Under the pieces are notes generated by a model that was given only the letters and a program-made list of their open reading frames with translations, did not search any database and was not told the DNA's origin. A stretch of DNA of 64,000 nt from the human T2T-CHM13v2.0 reference genome, Homo sapiens: the NCBI RefSeq assembly GCF_009914755.1, contig NC_060942.1; one strand, written 5' to 3'. The position numbers and the translations under genes are program-made. Shown one piece after another: positions 40,930 to 56,309 of this stretch (position 1 is its first letter; the number at the start of each line of letters is the position of its first letter).

Positions 40930-41760
40930 AAGTTAAAGAGAAAATTACATTGCACTGAAGACGTATGATGGTAGAGGGAAATAAAAAGTACTACTAAAGT
41001 GCATAGGAGTTGCACCTAGGCTAGACCTGGGGTAAGTTTGTGTTTGTAGGCACTGGGGACACTTGATATCCTAGCTGAATCCAAAAGAACTTAGATGATG
41101 TGGCAATAAGGATAGGATCAGTGGAGTTCAGTGAAGAGAGAATGCTATGTGCAATTAATTGTCTGTATCAAAAAGGAAAAATATTTTGTTCATAATCAAT
41201 AGTTTGAGACAAGAAGAAAGGAATGAGAGATGAGACTAGGGAGAGAAACTTTGGTGTGGTCATGGATGGCCATATATGTCATGCTTAGATGTTTAGACTT
41301 GGTTCTTATAGGAAAATCTTAGCCACTGGAGCATTTCAAGCAAGAAAACAATTTTGTCAGATTATTTTTGAAAGATCCTTCTCACTGCAGTGTAAGCAAT
41401 ATTAACACTGGAAATAGGGAGGTTTTTTAGAAGGCTGTTGAAGTAATCTAGGCAGAAGATAATGGAAGTGAAAATGTAAAAGTAGATGGCTTAGAAACTA
41501 TTAAGGGGGTAGAATAGATAAGTGGCAGATGGACTATAGAGAAAGATTTGAGGATGACATCCAATTTTCTGGCTTAGGCATTCCTTGAAATGAAGAGGAG
41601 GAAGGGAAGGAATGATAGTTTGAAACATGTAGAATTTGGGATACTTATAATACATTCAATTGGAAATCATTAAGAAATTGAACAGTGGCATCTGGAAAAT
41701 GAGAGAGCGTTCTGTTGGAGATAAAGATGGGGGTGATCATTAGCTATGACAGGCAGTATA
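40930..41760 (-). mobile_element. L2 fragment
   Basis: GCCACTGGAGCATTTCAAGCAAG, GAGGATGACATCCAATTTTCTGGCTT, TTGGAGATAAAGAT. Confidence 0.7.
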
Positions 41761-41991
41761 TTATCTCTATAGCTCTCATAATTACAGAGCTAGAATTGTA
41801 ACTTGAAGCCAGTGATTCCGTGTCACATCAGTGTTTTCTTCTGTAAAGTACTATTGAAACATAGACATTTAGGAGTGATGAAATGGGGCAGAAGTTAACA
41901 TGCAGTGTTGTCTGTATTCTGAAATAACTAGAAAGGAATAAAATGAAGGTGATAAAGATGAGAGATCTGTTGCTTCAGAAGTTCTGCTTGT

Positions 41992-42010
41992 TGACCAGCA
42001 GAGGGCAGTG
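41992..42010 (+). promoter_or_regulatory. Candidate CTCF site TGACCAGCAGAGGGCAGTG
   Basis: Close match to the core CCASYAGRKGGCRS. Motif only; binding not shown. Confidence 0.5.
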
Positions 42011-42869
42011 AATTTTGAAGCTCAGTATTTTTCTGTCCTGTGTTCCCCTTTAAGGCCTAGAAGCTTGGGTATTGTGAATATAGATTTTCAGTGTTCTTGT
42101 TACACTGGGTCAGGTATCCAGGGCACATTTATTTATTTTTGCTTCTGAGACTTAGAAGATGTTCAGTTTTTTTTCTTTTTTCTGGAGCCAAGTCTTCATT
42201 CTACTCCCTATTTCTCACATTTGGACCTTGTTTCCTCCTTAAAGCTGAAAAGACTTGAGCTATCCCTTAAGAGCTGCCATGGTGGCATGAGGTTGGGACT
42301 TAGTGTAAATCAGGTAGAATCTGAGAATGTCATGAATCTTTGCCTCTTGATTCCTCTATTAAGAAATTCTCAGTTTTTGTGTTTGGTTAACTGTTCAGAT
42401 TCAGGGACACAAATTTTGCTTTTATTAGTCGTAGGATTCAGGGAATTGAATGAAAGAGATTGACTTTTAGTTTCTAGAGACAATATTGAAAAGCTTAGTT
42501 GATTCTGTACAGCAGCAGGCTCCTCCACTATTTAATTTGAGGGGTGTAAGAAAAACTTACTGTCCACCCGTCACATGTCTGAAATGGCCATCAGTCTACT
42601 TTGGAGCTTTAGGCATTCAAGGCTCCCTTAAAATTCAGAAATTTCACTGAGAGGGACAAGGTAAGTATGGCAGCACAAATGATTTCTCTTGAGTTCAGTA
42701 ACCAGTGATTTAGTGAAGACTTGAGATAATAGGACCTAGGTAGGAAAAGTTTAACTAGTTTTAACTACGGGATGGGAAAAAAGGTCTGGAGCTAGAATTA
42801 CACTGTTTCCTGTTTGTAAACCTTCAGTGCCTTCCTACTGACTAGGGAATTCATTATGAGAATAGGGCC

Positions 42870-42990
42870 AACATTTAGAGAGCGTATGCCATTGTCATTT
42901 AATCTTCAAACCAGCCATTTGAGATAATTAGTGTTACTATCCCTATTTTGCAGATTCAGAAACTGAGGCACAGAGAAATTAAGTAATTTG
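42870..42990 (-). mobile_element. MIR
   Basis: CCCTATTTTGCAGAT...GAAACTGAGGCACAGAGA...TTAAGTAATTTG. Confidence 0.75.
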
Positions 42991-44539
42991 AGATTGCCTA
43001 TGGAGGAGACAACGAGTGTTTGCCACCATTCAGTTCTGTATATCTTATGCCGCCTAGCACAGTTCTTGCCCATAGTAGGTACCCAGTAACCCAGAGAATT
43101 TTGAATGGAATCAGAACGTAGACTAGCATGAAGCTACATTACCGTGGATGGTGGCTCTTGGGAGGAGAGGCCCGTATGGAGTCACTGCAAACCCCAACAG
43201 GATTCCCGAAGCCACTGGGTTCATAAAGATGTCCTTTCTGCTTCTGACTTAGAGCAGTCATCCAATTTAAGGAAATGTGGAAAAAGAAGTAGAAAAATCT
43301 TTAAAGGTTTTATTTCACAACACTGCTGTATTAAGTTGAGGGATAAAAATTGGATTACTAGTTATTTTTGGTTATTTAGTATCATTATTAAAATGGTGTT
43401 ATTTATCTAAAATTGATAACTGATGATTTTCCATTTTTTCTTGTTAGAGCAATAGAGTTCCTCAGAAGTTTCATTATAAAAACAAGAAACTTAGTTCAGT
43501 GGTATAACAAAACAAATTAGGTGAGATAAGTTGTTAGTGGGCTGGGTAACATTAATGAGTAACAATTATGAAGGCTAACATAATTGATCTGGCAATTTTA
43601 GAAGATGTTAACATTTAGGTTTGAGTAGGCTTCCTAGGACATCTTTTGTGCACCTGGGAAATGAATTGGTCGTTTCATCTTTCATTTTCATCCAGGTGAA
43701 GAATCCAGATTAAGGAATATCCTCATGTAGAAAGTTACATGGGAAAACCTTCTATTTCCGAAGTGAACAGTACACTAACAGTGAGAAGAATAAACAGCGT
43801 TTTTTTTTTTTTTTTTCTTCTTCTTCTTCTTCTTGCAAACTCTGGGCCCTTAACCACATTAGTATTCTTTGTGATTTCTAATGTGACCAGAAATCAGTCC
43901 TAGTCAACTCTGGGGAAAGGACTTGGTGAGGCAGAGGAAAATTAAAACTGATGGTGAAAAAGCAGGTTTGGTTTTTATGGCTGTAAGTTACCTGTGCACT
44001 CTCTACCCCCTTGACTGTGGATAACTGAGAGTAGCTGGTTATTCTGGCCAGGTCATTGTGATTGACAAGTTACAGTTGTGGACTTTGCCAAATCAAAGCT
44101 CAGGAATAAAAATGCTATATATTTTGTATTCAGATTCAAGAAAGATTGACTTTCTAAGTTAGCTGCTATTTGGGGGAAGAGAATGCTATCACCTTCATAA
44201 AGTTGTGAATTATGAAAGACATTTCTGTTGGGTTACTGAATGTCCCTTGGGGTTTTTTTCATTTATAACATTGCCTCAGGCTCTCTGCTGCATCCTGTTG
44301 GAATGACCTTCTTTTCAACTCTGTGCTGGCAGCTGTAATATGGCTCTTTCCCCTGAATCCTTCAGGCTTGTCACATGACAAACATGAACTGTGACCCCTT
44401 TGTTCCTTACTCAGATGATTAGGTCTCTTTATTTTTTTTTCTGTTTGACAATTTTGCCTTATTGTCTTTCCTTTCCCCCCTCTCTTTGCTTCCATGTTAA
44501 TTTCCTCCTGAGGCAAGGTTTTTGGGGTAGCAATTTAAT

Positions 44540-45050
44540 TTTTTTTATTGAAATATAGCATCAATATAGAAAGTACACAAGTCATAAGCTCACCACAGTT
44601 TTCACAGCATGAACACATTCATGTAGGCAGTAGTTAGATCAAGAAGGAAACATCACCAGAACTCCAGAAAACTTCAGTCTCTTTCTAATCACTTCTCATC
44701 TCCCCCATGGGAACTCACTCTCCTGACTTTTTTTTAGCTTTGCCTGTTCTGGGACTTGGTAGAAATTGAATCATACAGTATGAATTCCTTTGTGTCTGGT
44801 TCCTTTCATTGAACATTTTTGTGATACTCTTTCATGTTACCCAGTCGTTATTGCTGTGTATTATTCCATGGTATGACTATTCCACAATTTATTGTACTCT
44901 TAATGTACTCACTCGGATTGTTTCTAGCTTAGGGCTCTTGTGAATAGTAGTCATCCTTATACATATCTTTTGATGAACCCATGGCATATTTCTGGGTGTT
45001 TACATAGATGTGGAATTGCCAAGACATTGTGTCTGTCTAGCCAGTTATTT
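44540..45050 (-). mobile_element. L1ME 3' fragment
   Basis: TTTTATTGAAATATA...AGATCAAGAAGGAAACATCACCAGAACTCCAGAA. Confidence 0.7.
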
Positions 45051-45174
45051 TAAAATCTCATATAAAACACCAAAGTACTGATTTTAGGAAAACTCTTAGA
45101 AGATTTATAAACATATAGATACAGTTTTAGCATAATGTATCTAATTTATGGCTAAAGAAATTGCCTCTAGTTAA

Positions 45175-45443
<269 letters not shown>

Positions 45444-46913
45444 AAATATGTTGTAGTTTTAAATGGGTTACTCCTGTAAACAACAAAATTTCCACTCACT
45501 GCCAATTACATGTTTTAGTAACTTTCTTCCTAATATGTACTTTTTATTCAATTTTCCAAACAAAACTGAGCTTTTGGTCCCATTCCGCAAAAATCTTATG
45601 AAGATATTTTGATGGTAATAATTTACAATAGTTAAAGTTACATCTGAGTTACACCATCTCTGAGTGTTGATGCTAGCAGAGTGGCATGCTAGTGCTTCAC
45701 TGCCAGGCTTAGCTGAAGTACCAGAGGCTTACACTTGTACAAATTGCATTCATTACCAAGAACCCTGCAGAAGTGGCGAGAGACTGGCTCTATACTGTAG
45801 ATGGGCTCTGGGATAAGTAGCCGAACAATTGGGCAGCTGAGACCAATTTTTTTCCCTCTTTTAGAACGTGGACTTTCCAAAATTGTTTCCATGGATACTT
45901 ATGAACAAGTTTAACTTAATGAGTATAAAAATATGACTGCGACATCATGTCCCTCAAAAACTGGGTAGTATCTCTTAAAGAAGTTTTATTTGTCCGTCAG
46001 ATAAAGTACCCCTAAGTCATGCTGTGAACATGCATGGAATTAAGTTTGACTGATTTTGACCATGGTGTTTTGGAGACCTTAAGAGATTTCCTTCCCCTCC
46101 ATCAGAACAAGAAACCCAAAAAGGTGGAAGGAGTAATTAAAATTTAATTGTTATAAAAGGACAGTAACAGAACCAGATTTTCTTCCTATGTTATCTTTCC
46201 TTATGTATGTCTTTCGGGTGGATAAAAGAGAGTTGCCAGTCCTATCGAGACGTTTTGTGAAACAAAGGATTTTGTTTTGAAACAAAGGTAAAAAGAATTA
46301 AAGGATTTCATTTTTACAAAATTATCTTTTGAGAGTTCTGTGTTTTTCTTTTCTTCCAATTAAAAGTAATAGTATATAGACATATTGGTAATTCATATTG
46401 GTAAACATATTCAGAAAACTGTCTTAATTACAGGAGTGTTGTGTTTTCGTCATTTTAAAATGACATTTAGAATTCATGTTGTTCTGTTTTAAACCAGTAC
46501 ATTCAGTTTAGAAAATATTGCGGATAACCTGTGTTGTTCTGTGAACTCTGCTAAGCTCTAGAGGAGACAGAAACCATAGTCCTTGTCCTCAGAAAGCTTA
46601 TGGTCTAGTGGGTATGTAGTGGTGGCGGGAGCATATACAAATTACTATAGTACAACGTAAGGTAATTGCCACAGTGAGATTTCCTTGGATGAAGGACAGG
46701 TAGACCCATTTGAAATGGGTCTTAAAAGATGAGTAGATTGGCCTAGAATGGCCTCTTTGCTAATCTCTGCCTATTGGCAGAGGAGCCATGTGGCTGCAGT
46801 TAAGATGTCTTGTAAAGGAGCAATGGGAAGTGAGGTTAGAGCGAAGGAAGCCAGAGTGATGGGTTTATACGTGATATGGTGGATAATATAGCACAGTGGT
46901 TAAGAGTGCTTAC

Positions 46914-47229
46914 TTTATTTTTATTTTTATTTTTATTATTTTCATTTTTTTGAGACAGAGTCTTGCTCTGTTGCCCAGGCAGGAATGCAGTGGCGCGATC
47001 TCAGCTCACTGCAACCTCCGCCTCCTGGGTTCAATTCTCCTGCCTTAGCCTCCCTGGTAGCTGGGATTACAGGCATGCGCCACCACACCCAGCTAATTTT
47101 TTTATTTTTAGTAGAGACGGGGTTTCACCATGTTGGCCAGGCTGGTCTCAAACTCCTGACCTCAGGTGATCCACCCACCTCGGCCTCCCAAAGTGCTGGG
47201 ATTACAGACGTGAGCTACTGTGCCCAACC
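46914..47229 (-). mobile_element. AluS inside a MIR inside an L2
   Basis: Duplication AGAG(TG/CA)CTTACTTT; MIR core CTCAGTTTCCTCAT at about 47317. Confidence 0.9.
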
Positions 47230-47964
47230 AGAGCACTTACTTTAGGTCAAATTAGAAACTGAGTCACAGCTCAACTTTGCTGTGTGACCTTGAACAGATT
47301 GCTTAACCTATCTAAGCTCAGTTTCCTCATTTGATAAATGGGGACAGCGCTTATATAACTGGCTGCAATTTTGTATGATAGAAAAGAGATAATATATGAA
47401 AAGTGCTCAGCGTGGTTCTCAAGAACCTGCTCTGAGCAATGGGAACCATTGAAGATTTTGGAACCATGGCCTGGTGGGATCTGAACCGTGAAAGGCCTTC
47501 ATTGTTATTTTTTATTATTGACATACAAAAGACTGCATACATTTAAAGTCTACATTTGATAGATTTTTATGTATGCATACAGCTTTGAAATCATCACCAC
47601 AATCAAAGTGATAAACAAGTCTTTCACTCTCAAAAGATTTGTGTAAGACCTTTAAAGAGGGAAAGTCTGGCCTGCAATGCACTGGAAAGAATGGAGCAAA
47701 GTAGAGCCTGGAAATGGAGAAACCAGTTCAGAGGCTATTGCCATGCTGCAGGTGAGCAGGAAAGAATGAATGAGGTCAGGTGATAGGTTTAATGGCCATT
47801 TGAGATTGGCTGCTGGAGGACAGGGTTAGGTCTTCATCATTACATTATCTCCAGTACCTAACCCAGTGACCAGAGGGTAGTGGGCTCTGACATGCTAGAA
47901 TTGACAGGCTTTCCCTTTATGAAAGATTTTTATTTCAAATTGCTTTTCCTTTTATTATTTTTAG

Positions 47965-48132
47965 GGCTTAAAAGACAACCTTCTTGCTTCTGGGACATCC
48001 AGCCTGACAGCCACCAAACAGTTGCATCGTCCAAGAATCACGAGAATCTGCCTCAGGGACTTGATATTTTGTATGGAACAGGAACGGGAGATGAAGTATT
48101 CTCGAGCTCTATACCTGGCCCTTCTGAAGTGA
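47965..48132 (+). CDS. TAF4B: TAF4B last coding exon: GLKDNLLASGTSSLTATKQLHRPRITRICLRDLIFCMEQEREMKYSRALYLALLK-stop
   Basis: Acceptor tttattattttTAG ends at 47964. Translation contains the TAF4 conserved C-terminal motif RITRxxLRDLIFCxExERE. TGA at 48130-48132. Confidence 0.97.
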   Translation, partial: GLKDNLLASGTSSLTATKQLHRPRITRICLRDLIFCMEQEREMKYSRALYLALLK

Positions 48133-49805
48133 CCACTCCACTCTTCCATCCAGATCCTTGCTATTTACTGCCAAAGAAGACACAAAGCATTGTTGCACTG
48201 TCCTGAAATTTCAATTTCTGGAAAATAATCACCAACATGAAAGAGCATTGTTTACAGTTAGAAACTTTATTAACTCTTACCTATCCATCTCATGGGACTC
48301 TTACAGACTCAGATTCATCTTTGTCTTCTGAAAATCAGTTATGAAATACACTTTGCACAGAATTAGGCATCTGCCTATCTGTGCATTAAATTAAAGCAAG
48401 TTAAGGCCCTATTTGTTACTACCTGCCTCATTTGCCAAATTGTAGCAGGTGAGGTGTCCTTCCCTAATACAGCATGCATTGAGATGCAGGAGAAAGGAAG
48501 AGGCATAAGAAAATACAAGAATGACTATTTCATTCTATATTGAACCTGTCCCAAAGTGGTAGGTTTTCTGGGCTGGAATCAGAAGTTGCTTAGCTAACTA
48601 TGACAGTCACCCTCTGTACGTGACAGGCCACTGTGGTGACTTTGGTCGGCTGAGTTCCAGTGTTGTCAAAACAAGACAAATGGGGATAGATTGTGCCTGG
48701 GGTTGCTAATTCTCTGCTTCATATCACCATATGCCATTTCTGGTACCAAGTGAGGGGACATGCTTGTCAGGGAAACCTTAAAATTGAATCTACTGATATA
48801 TCTTGTTGAAAAAATGGAAAAGGTGCAAAGTACTAGAAGGAACGTTAGGGCGTTGCTTTCAAACTGATGAGGGGAATGTGAAAATGGTATCATAAAACAG
48901 GAAATGTGCTTCATATGCCCAAGAGGGGAAGAGGTGGAATCGGAACTCCAAAACAACTGGTACATGTTTTGTTGATGGGCAAAAAAAATCACAGCACAAC
49001 CAGAAAGGAGAATGTACCAGATGTTTTCAAATTAGAGTATTTCAAAAGGAAAATGTTATTTTTTGTTTTGTATTGTTTTAAATCCCAAGGATAGTTTTTA
49101 TAGTTCCTTCTGTCATAATATATTTTAGTTATCCTAATTTTTAAGCATGTTGGCACATTTAAAAAATCCTAATTGATGATGAGAAATTTTTAACAATAGG
49201 ACTTTATGTTGGATTCTGTACTTAAAAGGTACTGTCAATATCTCACTCTTGGGGATATGAGCTCTAAATATGAGAAGCAAGTTATATGTGTTCACCTGAG
49301 GAAGAAGCTGACGGACAAAGCAAACCCTCTTTAAAAAAAAAAAAAAGAAAATTCCACGTGTGTGGAATACAGCCGGTGAAAAATAATCACTGTAGTTAGA
49401 ATCACATACAGAAAAAAAATGATTGAATCCTCCAAGAAGGTATTTCAAAAATGGGAAATGCTATACTTATAAGAATTGAAGGAAAAAAAAAAAAACACCT
49501 CACGTATGTTATTCTTCATCCTGTTCTTCCCATTGGGACTGTTATGGCCATATTCTACAGTATAGTAAATTTTAAATTGGCCACATTTTTTTTTGTTTCA
49601 GCAAGTTATGTAAAATGCTATAAATTATGTGTATGTTAAAGGAGTACTTTAAGAAGAGATCTTTATCCAAAGTTGTTTTTGTATATTTAAATGCTTACCT
49701 TTATTTTTTGTAAAGTGCAGCATACTCATTTGTGTATAATCTTACTGATCAGATGTTTAAAATTATTCCAAATACTTCATTAAAATAATTATTTTATTAT
49801 AAGAA
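48133..49805 (+). other. TAF4B: TAF4B 3' UTR (end approximate)
   Basis: AU-rich, repeat-free sequence after the stop codon, ending near ATTAAA 49779-49784. Repeats resume about 50180. Confidence 0.7.
49779..49784 (+). terminator. Probable polyadenylation signal ATTAAA
   Basis: I found no AATAAA in the UTR. This ATTAAA sits in a U-rich context at the end of the unique block. Confidence 0.6.
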
Positions 49806-50179
49806 TAACTTTGCTCATTCACTGACTTTGAAAACCATTGTCCTTAGTAGTTAGCCCCTGATGTGCTCAAATTGCTGGGCTGTGAATTTTTCCTAGCTCG
49901 GATTGTGAATTACTTTGGAGTATGGGCATTTTGGTTCCAGAAAGTCACTTCAGATCCAAGTAGTTGTATCACTTTCTTTGAAATAGTTGTAAATTTGCAT
50001 GCTATTTGATTCACAAAGAAAGCTAGGCATACTCATTACAAAAGCTTTTCTTGCCTATCAGGGTTTTTTAACTGAGGTATTTTTCAAAATTTATTTTTAA
50101 TATTCATTTTTAAACTTTGTCTTGTGAAATATATCTTACACAAGAAAGAAAAAATAATGTATCCAAGGTATTCTTCTGT

Positions 50180-50445
50180 GCAGCTTGCAAAATGGTGGGC
50201 TTGGAGTAGATTTGATCTACAAATGCATTCTCCTTGACTCACACGGTATTGCCAATGTTTTAATTCATGAGAATCTATATTTCCATTTCTTTTGAGAAAT
50301 TAGAAGATCTGGAATCCCTAGCTATATCCTTTTGTATGGCAACAATCCACCAGAGCTAACCAGCAGCTGTCTACTTGAGATACACAGGCATAAGTTTACC
50401 TTCCCTTGCCTGATTCATTTAGGCATTGGAGTTCATGACCCTCTG
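50180..50445. mobile_element. MER102-like hAT-Charlie
   Basis: GAAGATCTGG...ATGGCAACAATC...AGAGCTAACCAGCAGCTG...GGCATTGGAGTTCATGACCC. Confidence 0.7.
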
Positions 50446-50465
50446 CCTTCAATATTTATTTTGCA

Positions 50466-51037
<572 letters not shown>

Positions 51038-51245
51038 TGTGTGTGTGTGTGTGTGTGTGTATGTTTATATACACACATATACATATATTTATCTTGGGTG
51101 ATGAACAGTTAAAAAGTACCAGAAATTCTCCATCTGTTTACTTTTTTAAAGAAACTCTACTGAGGTGTATTTTACATTAAAAAAACTACCCATTTCATCT
51201 ATTTACTTTGATTTGTTTCTATATTTTAGATATAGGGTCTTACTC

Positions 51246-51921
<676 letters not shown>

Positions 51922-53078
51922 TGATTCTTCTCTTTAAAATAAAAAAGTAAAGTTTAATATTTCTTAAGACCTGCATTTGAGGTAAATTTTGTAAGAATTT
52001 TGGAAAAACTTTATTTAGAATTAAGAATGTTTATATTAGTTAGTCGTGGTTACAGCAGAGAACACAAGTAGTGTTAAGGCATATTCTTTAGAAAAATATG
52101 GAACCAAGTTCTCAAGCTGATTAAGTTGGACTTTATCTGTTTGCCTAGTTGTACTGTCAACCAACTGTTTATAAAACTTTCCTCAGCAAGACTCAGTGAT
52201 TGTGCAGAGATAAAACTATAATGTGTCACATGTTTATACACGACCTAGTAGTCGGTTTTTATTTTGTTGTTAACATTTATATCTTTTTAAACACTTTCAT
52301 ATGACTCTCTGAACTATTTTTTTACATGTGGACATGATTTATAGCTGATATCAGCATCTTTTTCTGACTTTTTAATACTGCTTAGTATTTTCATATGCAT
52401 TTCAGCTGTATCACATTGGTGCATTTGCTTTTTTGCCAAAATTGTTTCACCAGTTGGAAGTTGGTCTTCAGTAGATATTTTTGTTATTTTTCTTCCAGTA
52501 AACAATTGAGAGACTGTGCTGTACCAAACAAGAAACCGAAAGTGTTGATCATCATACAGCTGAACACTGGCTGGTTAGGTGAGATATAGAAATATAAAGT
52601 AATAGAGTATATTACTATACACTGTATATAGTTATAGAAAATAATACAGATATATAAAGTAGAAGCATCACAGCCTATGTAGACCTTGCCACGTTGAATA
52701 TTTGTAGGAAGAAAATATTCCCGAGGAACTCATCTAAAGACTTTTGGCTTTGTTGGTAAACCACAATGAGAGCAATTTTAATGGCAACTCTTAAAATAAT
52801 GTTAGGTTGCCATCTCTCCAAGTTCTTTGACCATGGGTGGTACTAAAGCAGTATTGCTATGGGTGAGAGCACACCCTGGCTTCCCATCTTAGTCCTGCCT
52901 CTTTCCAGCGTGTGACCTTGGCAAATTATTTAACTTTGCTGTGCCTTTGTTTTCTTATGTATATATAATAGGAACCACCTGTGAGGTGGTTGGGGGACTT
53001 CAATGCATTGTCATATGTAAAGCACTGTTCTAAGTGCTTTATATGTGAGCAGTGCTAGAACATGTAGTGAACAGTATA

Positions 53079-53362
53079 CAGTCCTGCATCACTTAATGAC
53101 AGAGACCATGGGCATATGTTCTAAGAAAGCATCAGGCAGTTTTGTCATGCAAATATCATAGAGTATACTTAAACCTGGATGGTGTAGCCTACTACACACC
53201 TAGGCTATATATGGTGTAGCCTATTTCTCCTAGGTTACAAACCTGTACAGCCTGTTACTGTACTGAATACAGCAATTGTAATACAATGCTATTTGTGTTT
53301 CTAAACATACCTAAACATAGACAAGGTACTATGAAAATACAATATTATGTGGCACATGGCTA
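53079..53362. mobile_element. Tigger3a/MER7-type fossil inside a MIR (about 52850-53390)
   Basis: CAGTC...CACTTAATGAC, TAGCCTACTACACACCTAGGCTATA, TACAAACCTGTACAGC. Confidence 0.85.
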
Positions 53363-53405
53363 TGTATGTTGGTTATTATTGTTTTACAGATTTTGAATGG
53401 CGTAG

Positions 53406-53798
<393 letters not shown>

Positions 53799-55868
53799 TA
53801 GATAGTCTAAGATCATGTGAGATTGTTATATATTGCATTGAGGATTGGGTAATGGGGAGGCTAGAAGGAGAAAGGTACGATAATACAGTGGAGCCATTTG
53901 ACAGAATAATTGTTATGTCGGTGGCTTTGCCTAATAAGTTTCCTGTGGAATTGGAAGCAGTGAAGAAACCATGTCATTACTTGAAAACGCTATAGATACA
54001 TGGTGAACATTCAAACAGTATAAAAAAGCATAGCAAAATAACTATCTTACTCAGACCTTCCCAGGTCCCCTGCTCCCCTCCCTAGATTCACCCACTTTTG
54101 CCAATTTCATACATCTTTCCAGCATAGTCAATATATATATAAGTCCATAGTTATATATTCGCCCTTATTTGCATATGACAGCATACTGATCTGTCCTTTG
54201 CCATTTTCAAAACCCTGTTATTCTTAATTCAATTTATACTGTGTTCCAGGTCAGGAGTCTTGGTAGAATCTTGCTGTAATCTTTGGGAAAACAACACATG
54301 AATGTTTCCTCAAGGGGTTTAGTCACAAGTTCTCTTACTATTTTGTAGATCACAGTGTTTCTTTACCAAAGAGGCATGCATCGTAAGGGGAGTAGAGATT
54401 TCCTAAGATGAGGAGGTGCAGAGAGGGAAAGAAGAAAAGTCATTTAAGGGAAGGATTGAGTATTCCAGTTGTAATTATAAAGTTTCTCTGACAGCATCCT
54501 CCCACCATGAACCACTAGTATCCTGGAAACCAACCTGAATTTAGGATCGCTCCAACCTCTTTTCTGTAAGATTTATATTTCTGATTAAAAATTAATGAAT
54601 AGATCAGAATAGGGATGATCTAAATCTGAGATTCCTCGGAGTGATCCCTGATGGGATGCCTGATACCCAAAATACTCTTAAGTCTTGTATTCTAGGGCCT
54701 TCTAAGGCAAAAGATTGAGAGACCCAAAAAGAGAAAATATGTTTAGTAAAGAAAATATTTACTTTGACTAGTTATGATGGTCATATAGGGGAGAAAAGGC
54801 AAATTTTGGAAATGTAAGATGGGGACAATTAATGTATATACACTGTCCAAATTCAAAAGGTACAAAAGAAGATACAGTAAAGTCCCCCACCTTTGTTGTC
54901 TAGGTAAATTGTTCACAGGTTCTCTTTCTAAGAAATTTTAGAAAAGGAGTTAGAGGGTTGCCTGTAAACCTTTCATCTTCCTCAAAGATTTTTCCTTGAT
55001 TATGAGTGATATATTCTCATTGCAGAAAATTTGGAAAATAAAAATATAAGGAAAATGAAAACACACGTGGCACTGTTAATATTTTGATGCATTTCTTTCT
55101 AGCCTTTTTTTCCTGTGCTAACTCTGTGGATGTTTTAGATCACACTGTTGAGCCAGCATTGTGTCTTACTGATGTACTTTTGGAAATGCTGGGGGAAATG
55201 AGAAGAAAAACAACTAGGAGAATGAAGCATCGCTTTTTAATTCTGTCCCTCAAAGTGATGTTGAGGCCATGTTTCTCATTTCCTCAAACAGCATATGGAT
55301 TTGTTTAAGGTGTTTCAATTTGCTGTCGTCATGGGTGAAATGAAAGTACCCATTTAGTCTCGTCATTGCTTGCAGCGTTCTCTACATGTTAAGGTATTGT
55401 GGAAGAAAAATTGCCATAACTCTATGCAAATTATTTAGATTCAAAGCTAGTATAGAAATGTAACTTTTGAGGTTTAGGCTATAGGACTGATGACTTTTCA
55501 TATTTGTGATATTAATGGAGGCTTTGCCTGAGAATGAAGGAAAGGTCAGGACTTGATGGTTGGCTTCTTGACGACATCTTATGGCTGAGGCCTCCAATTC
55601 CCTAAATACAAGTGGGAAGTTGTGCTGGGGGTCTCCACAGGTCCTTTAAACTTTCAACTCTCAATAGTTTAATCTCACTGGGTACTTCTCTGCAATCTTA
55701 ATTCTTATAAAAGTGATACTGGTAGCCTTTAATGCTAAGGGAAGGAAGAAAATTGAACAAATAGTGCTTTGTGTCTTCTGTACTTTCTGCCATTATCAAA
55801 AAGTGTGTGTGTGCTGCTGGACCAGACCCAATTAAGGATACAAGCATTGCCATTGACCTATATTGGCT

Positions 55869-56309
55869 GCATCCGTTTTCTAGGGCTGCTGTAACAAATG
55901 ACACAAACTGGGTGACTTAAGGCAACAGAAATTTATTCTCACAGTTCTGGAGGCTAGAAGCCCAAATCCAAGGTCGGCAGGGCCGCCCTCACTCTAAAGC
56001 TCTAGGGGAGAATCCTTCCTTGCCTCTTCCAGCCTCTGGAAGCTGCTGGTTGTGGGAACAAAATGCCAATGTCTGCGTCTGTGTTCACATAGTCTTCTCT
56101 GTGTCTTTCTGTGTCCTCTCCTCCTCTTATAAAAACACCAGTTGGAGGGCCCTCCTCCCTGAGGGCTGTCACTTGGACTACACACAAGTGTATAATCTCA
56201 TCTTCACATTTAACTAGTTACATTTGCGAAGACACTGTTTCCAAATAAGGTCCCCTTTTGAAGTTCCGGGTCAATGTGAATTTTGGGAGGATACTGTTCA
56301 CCCCACCAA
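55869..56309 (-). mobile_element. MLT1B/C MaLR solo LTR
   Basis: AGGGCTGCTGTAACAAA...GAAATTTATTCTCACAGTTCTGGAGGCTAGAAG...TTTCCAAATAAGGTC. Confidence 0.9.

Noticed and set aside
42600-42666. Consensus splice donor AAG/GTAAGT as a cryptic exon
   Set aside because: Only a weak upstream acceptor; cannot be supported without RNA data.
47880-48206. 108-aa ORF over the last TAF4B exon
   Set aside because: Alternative frame starting in the intron. The conserved protein is in the other frame.
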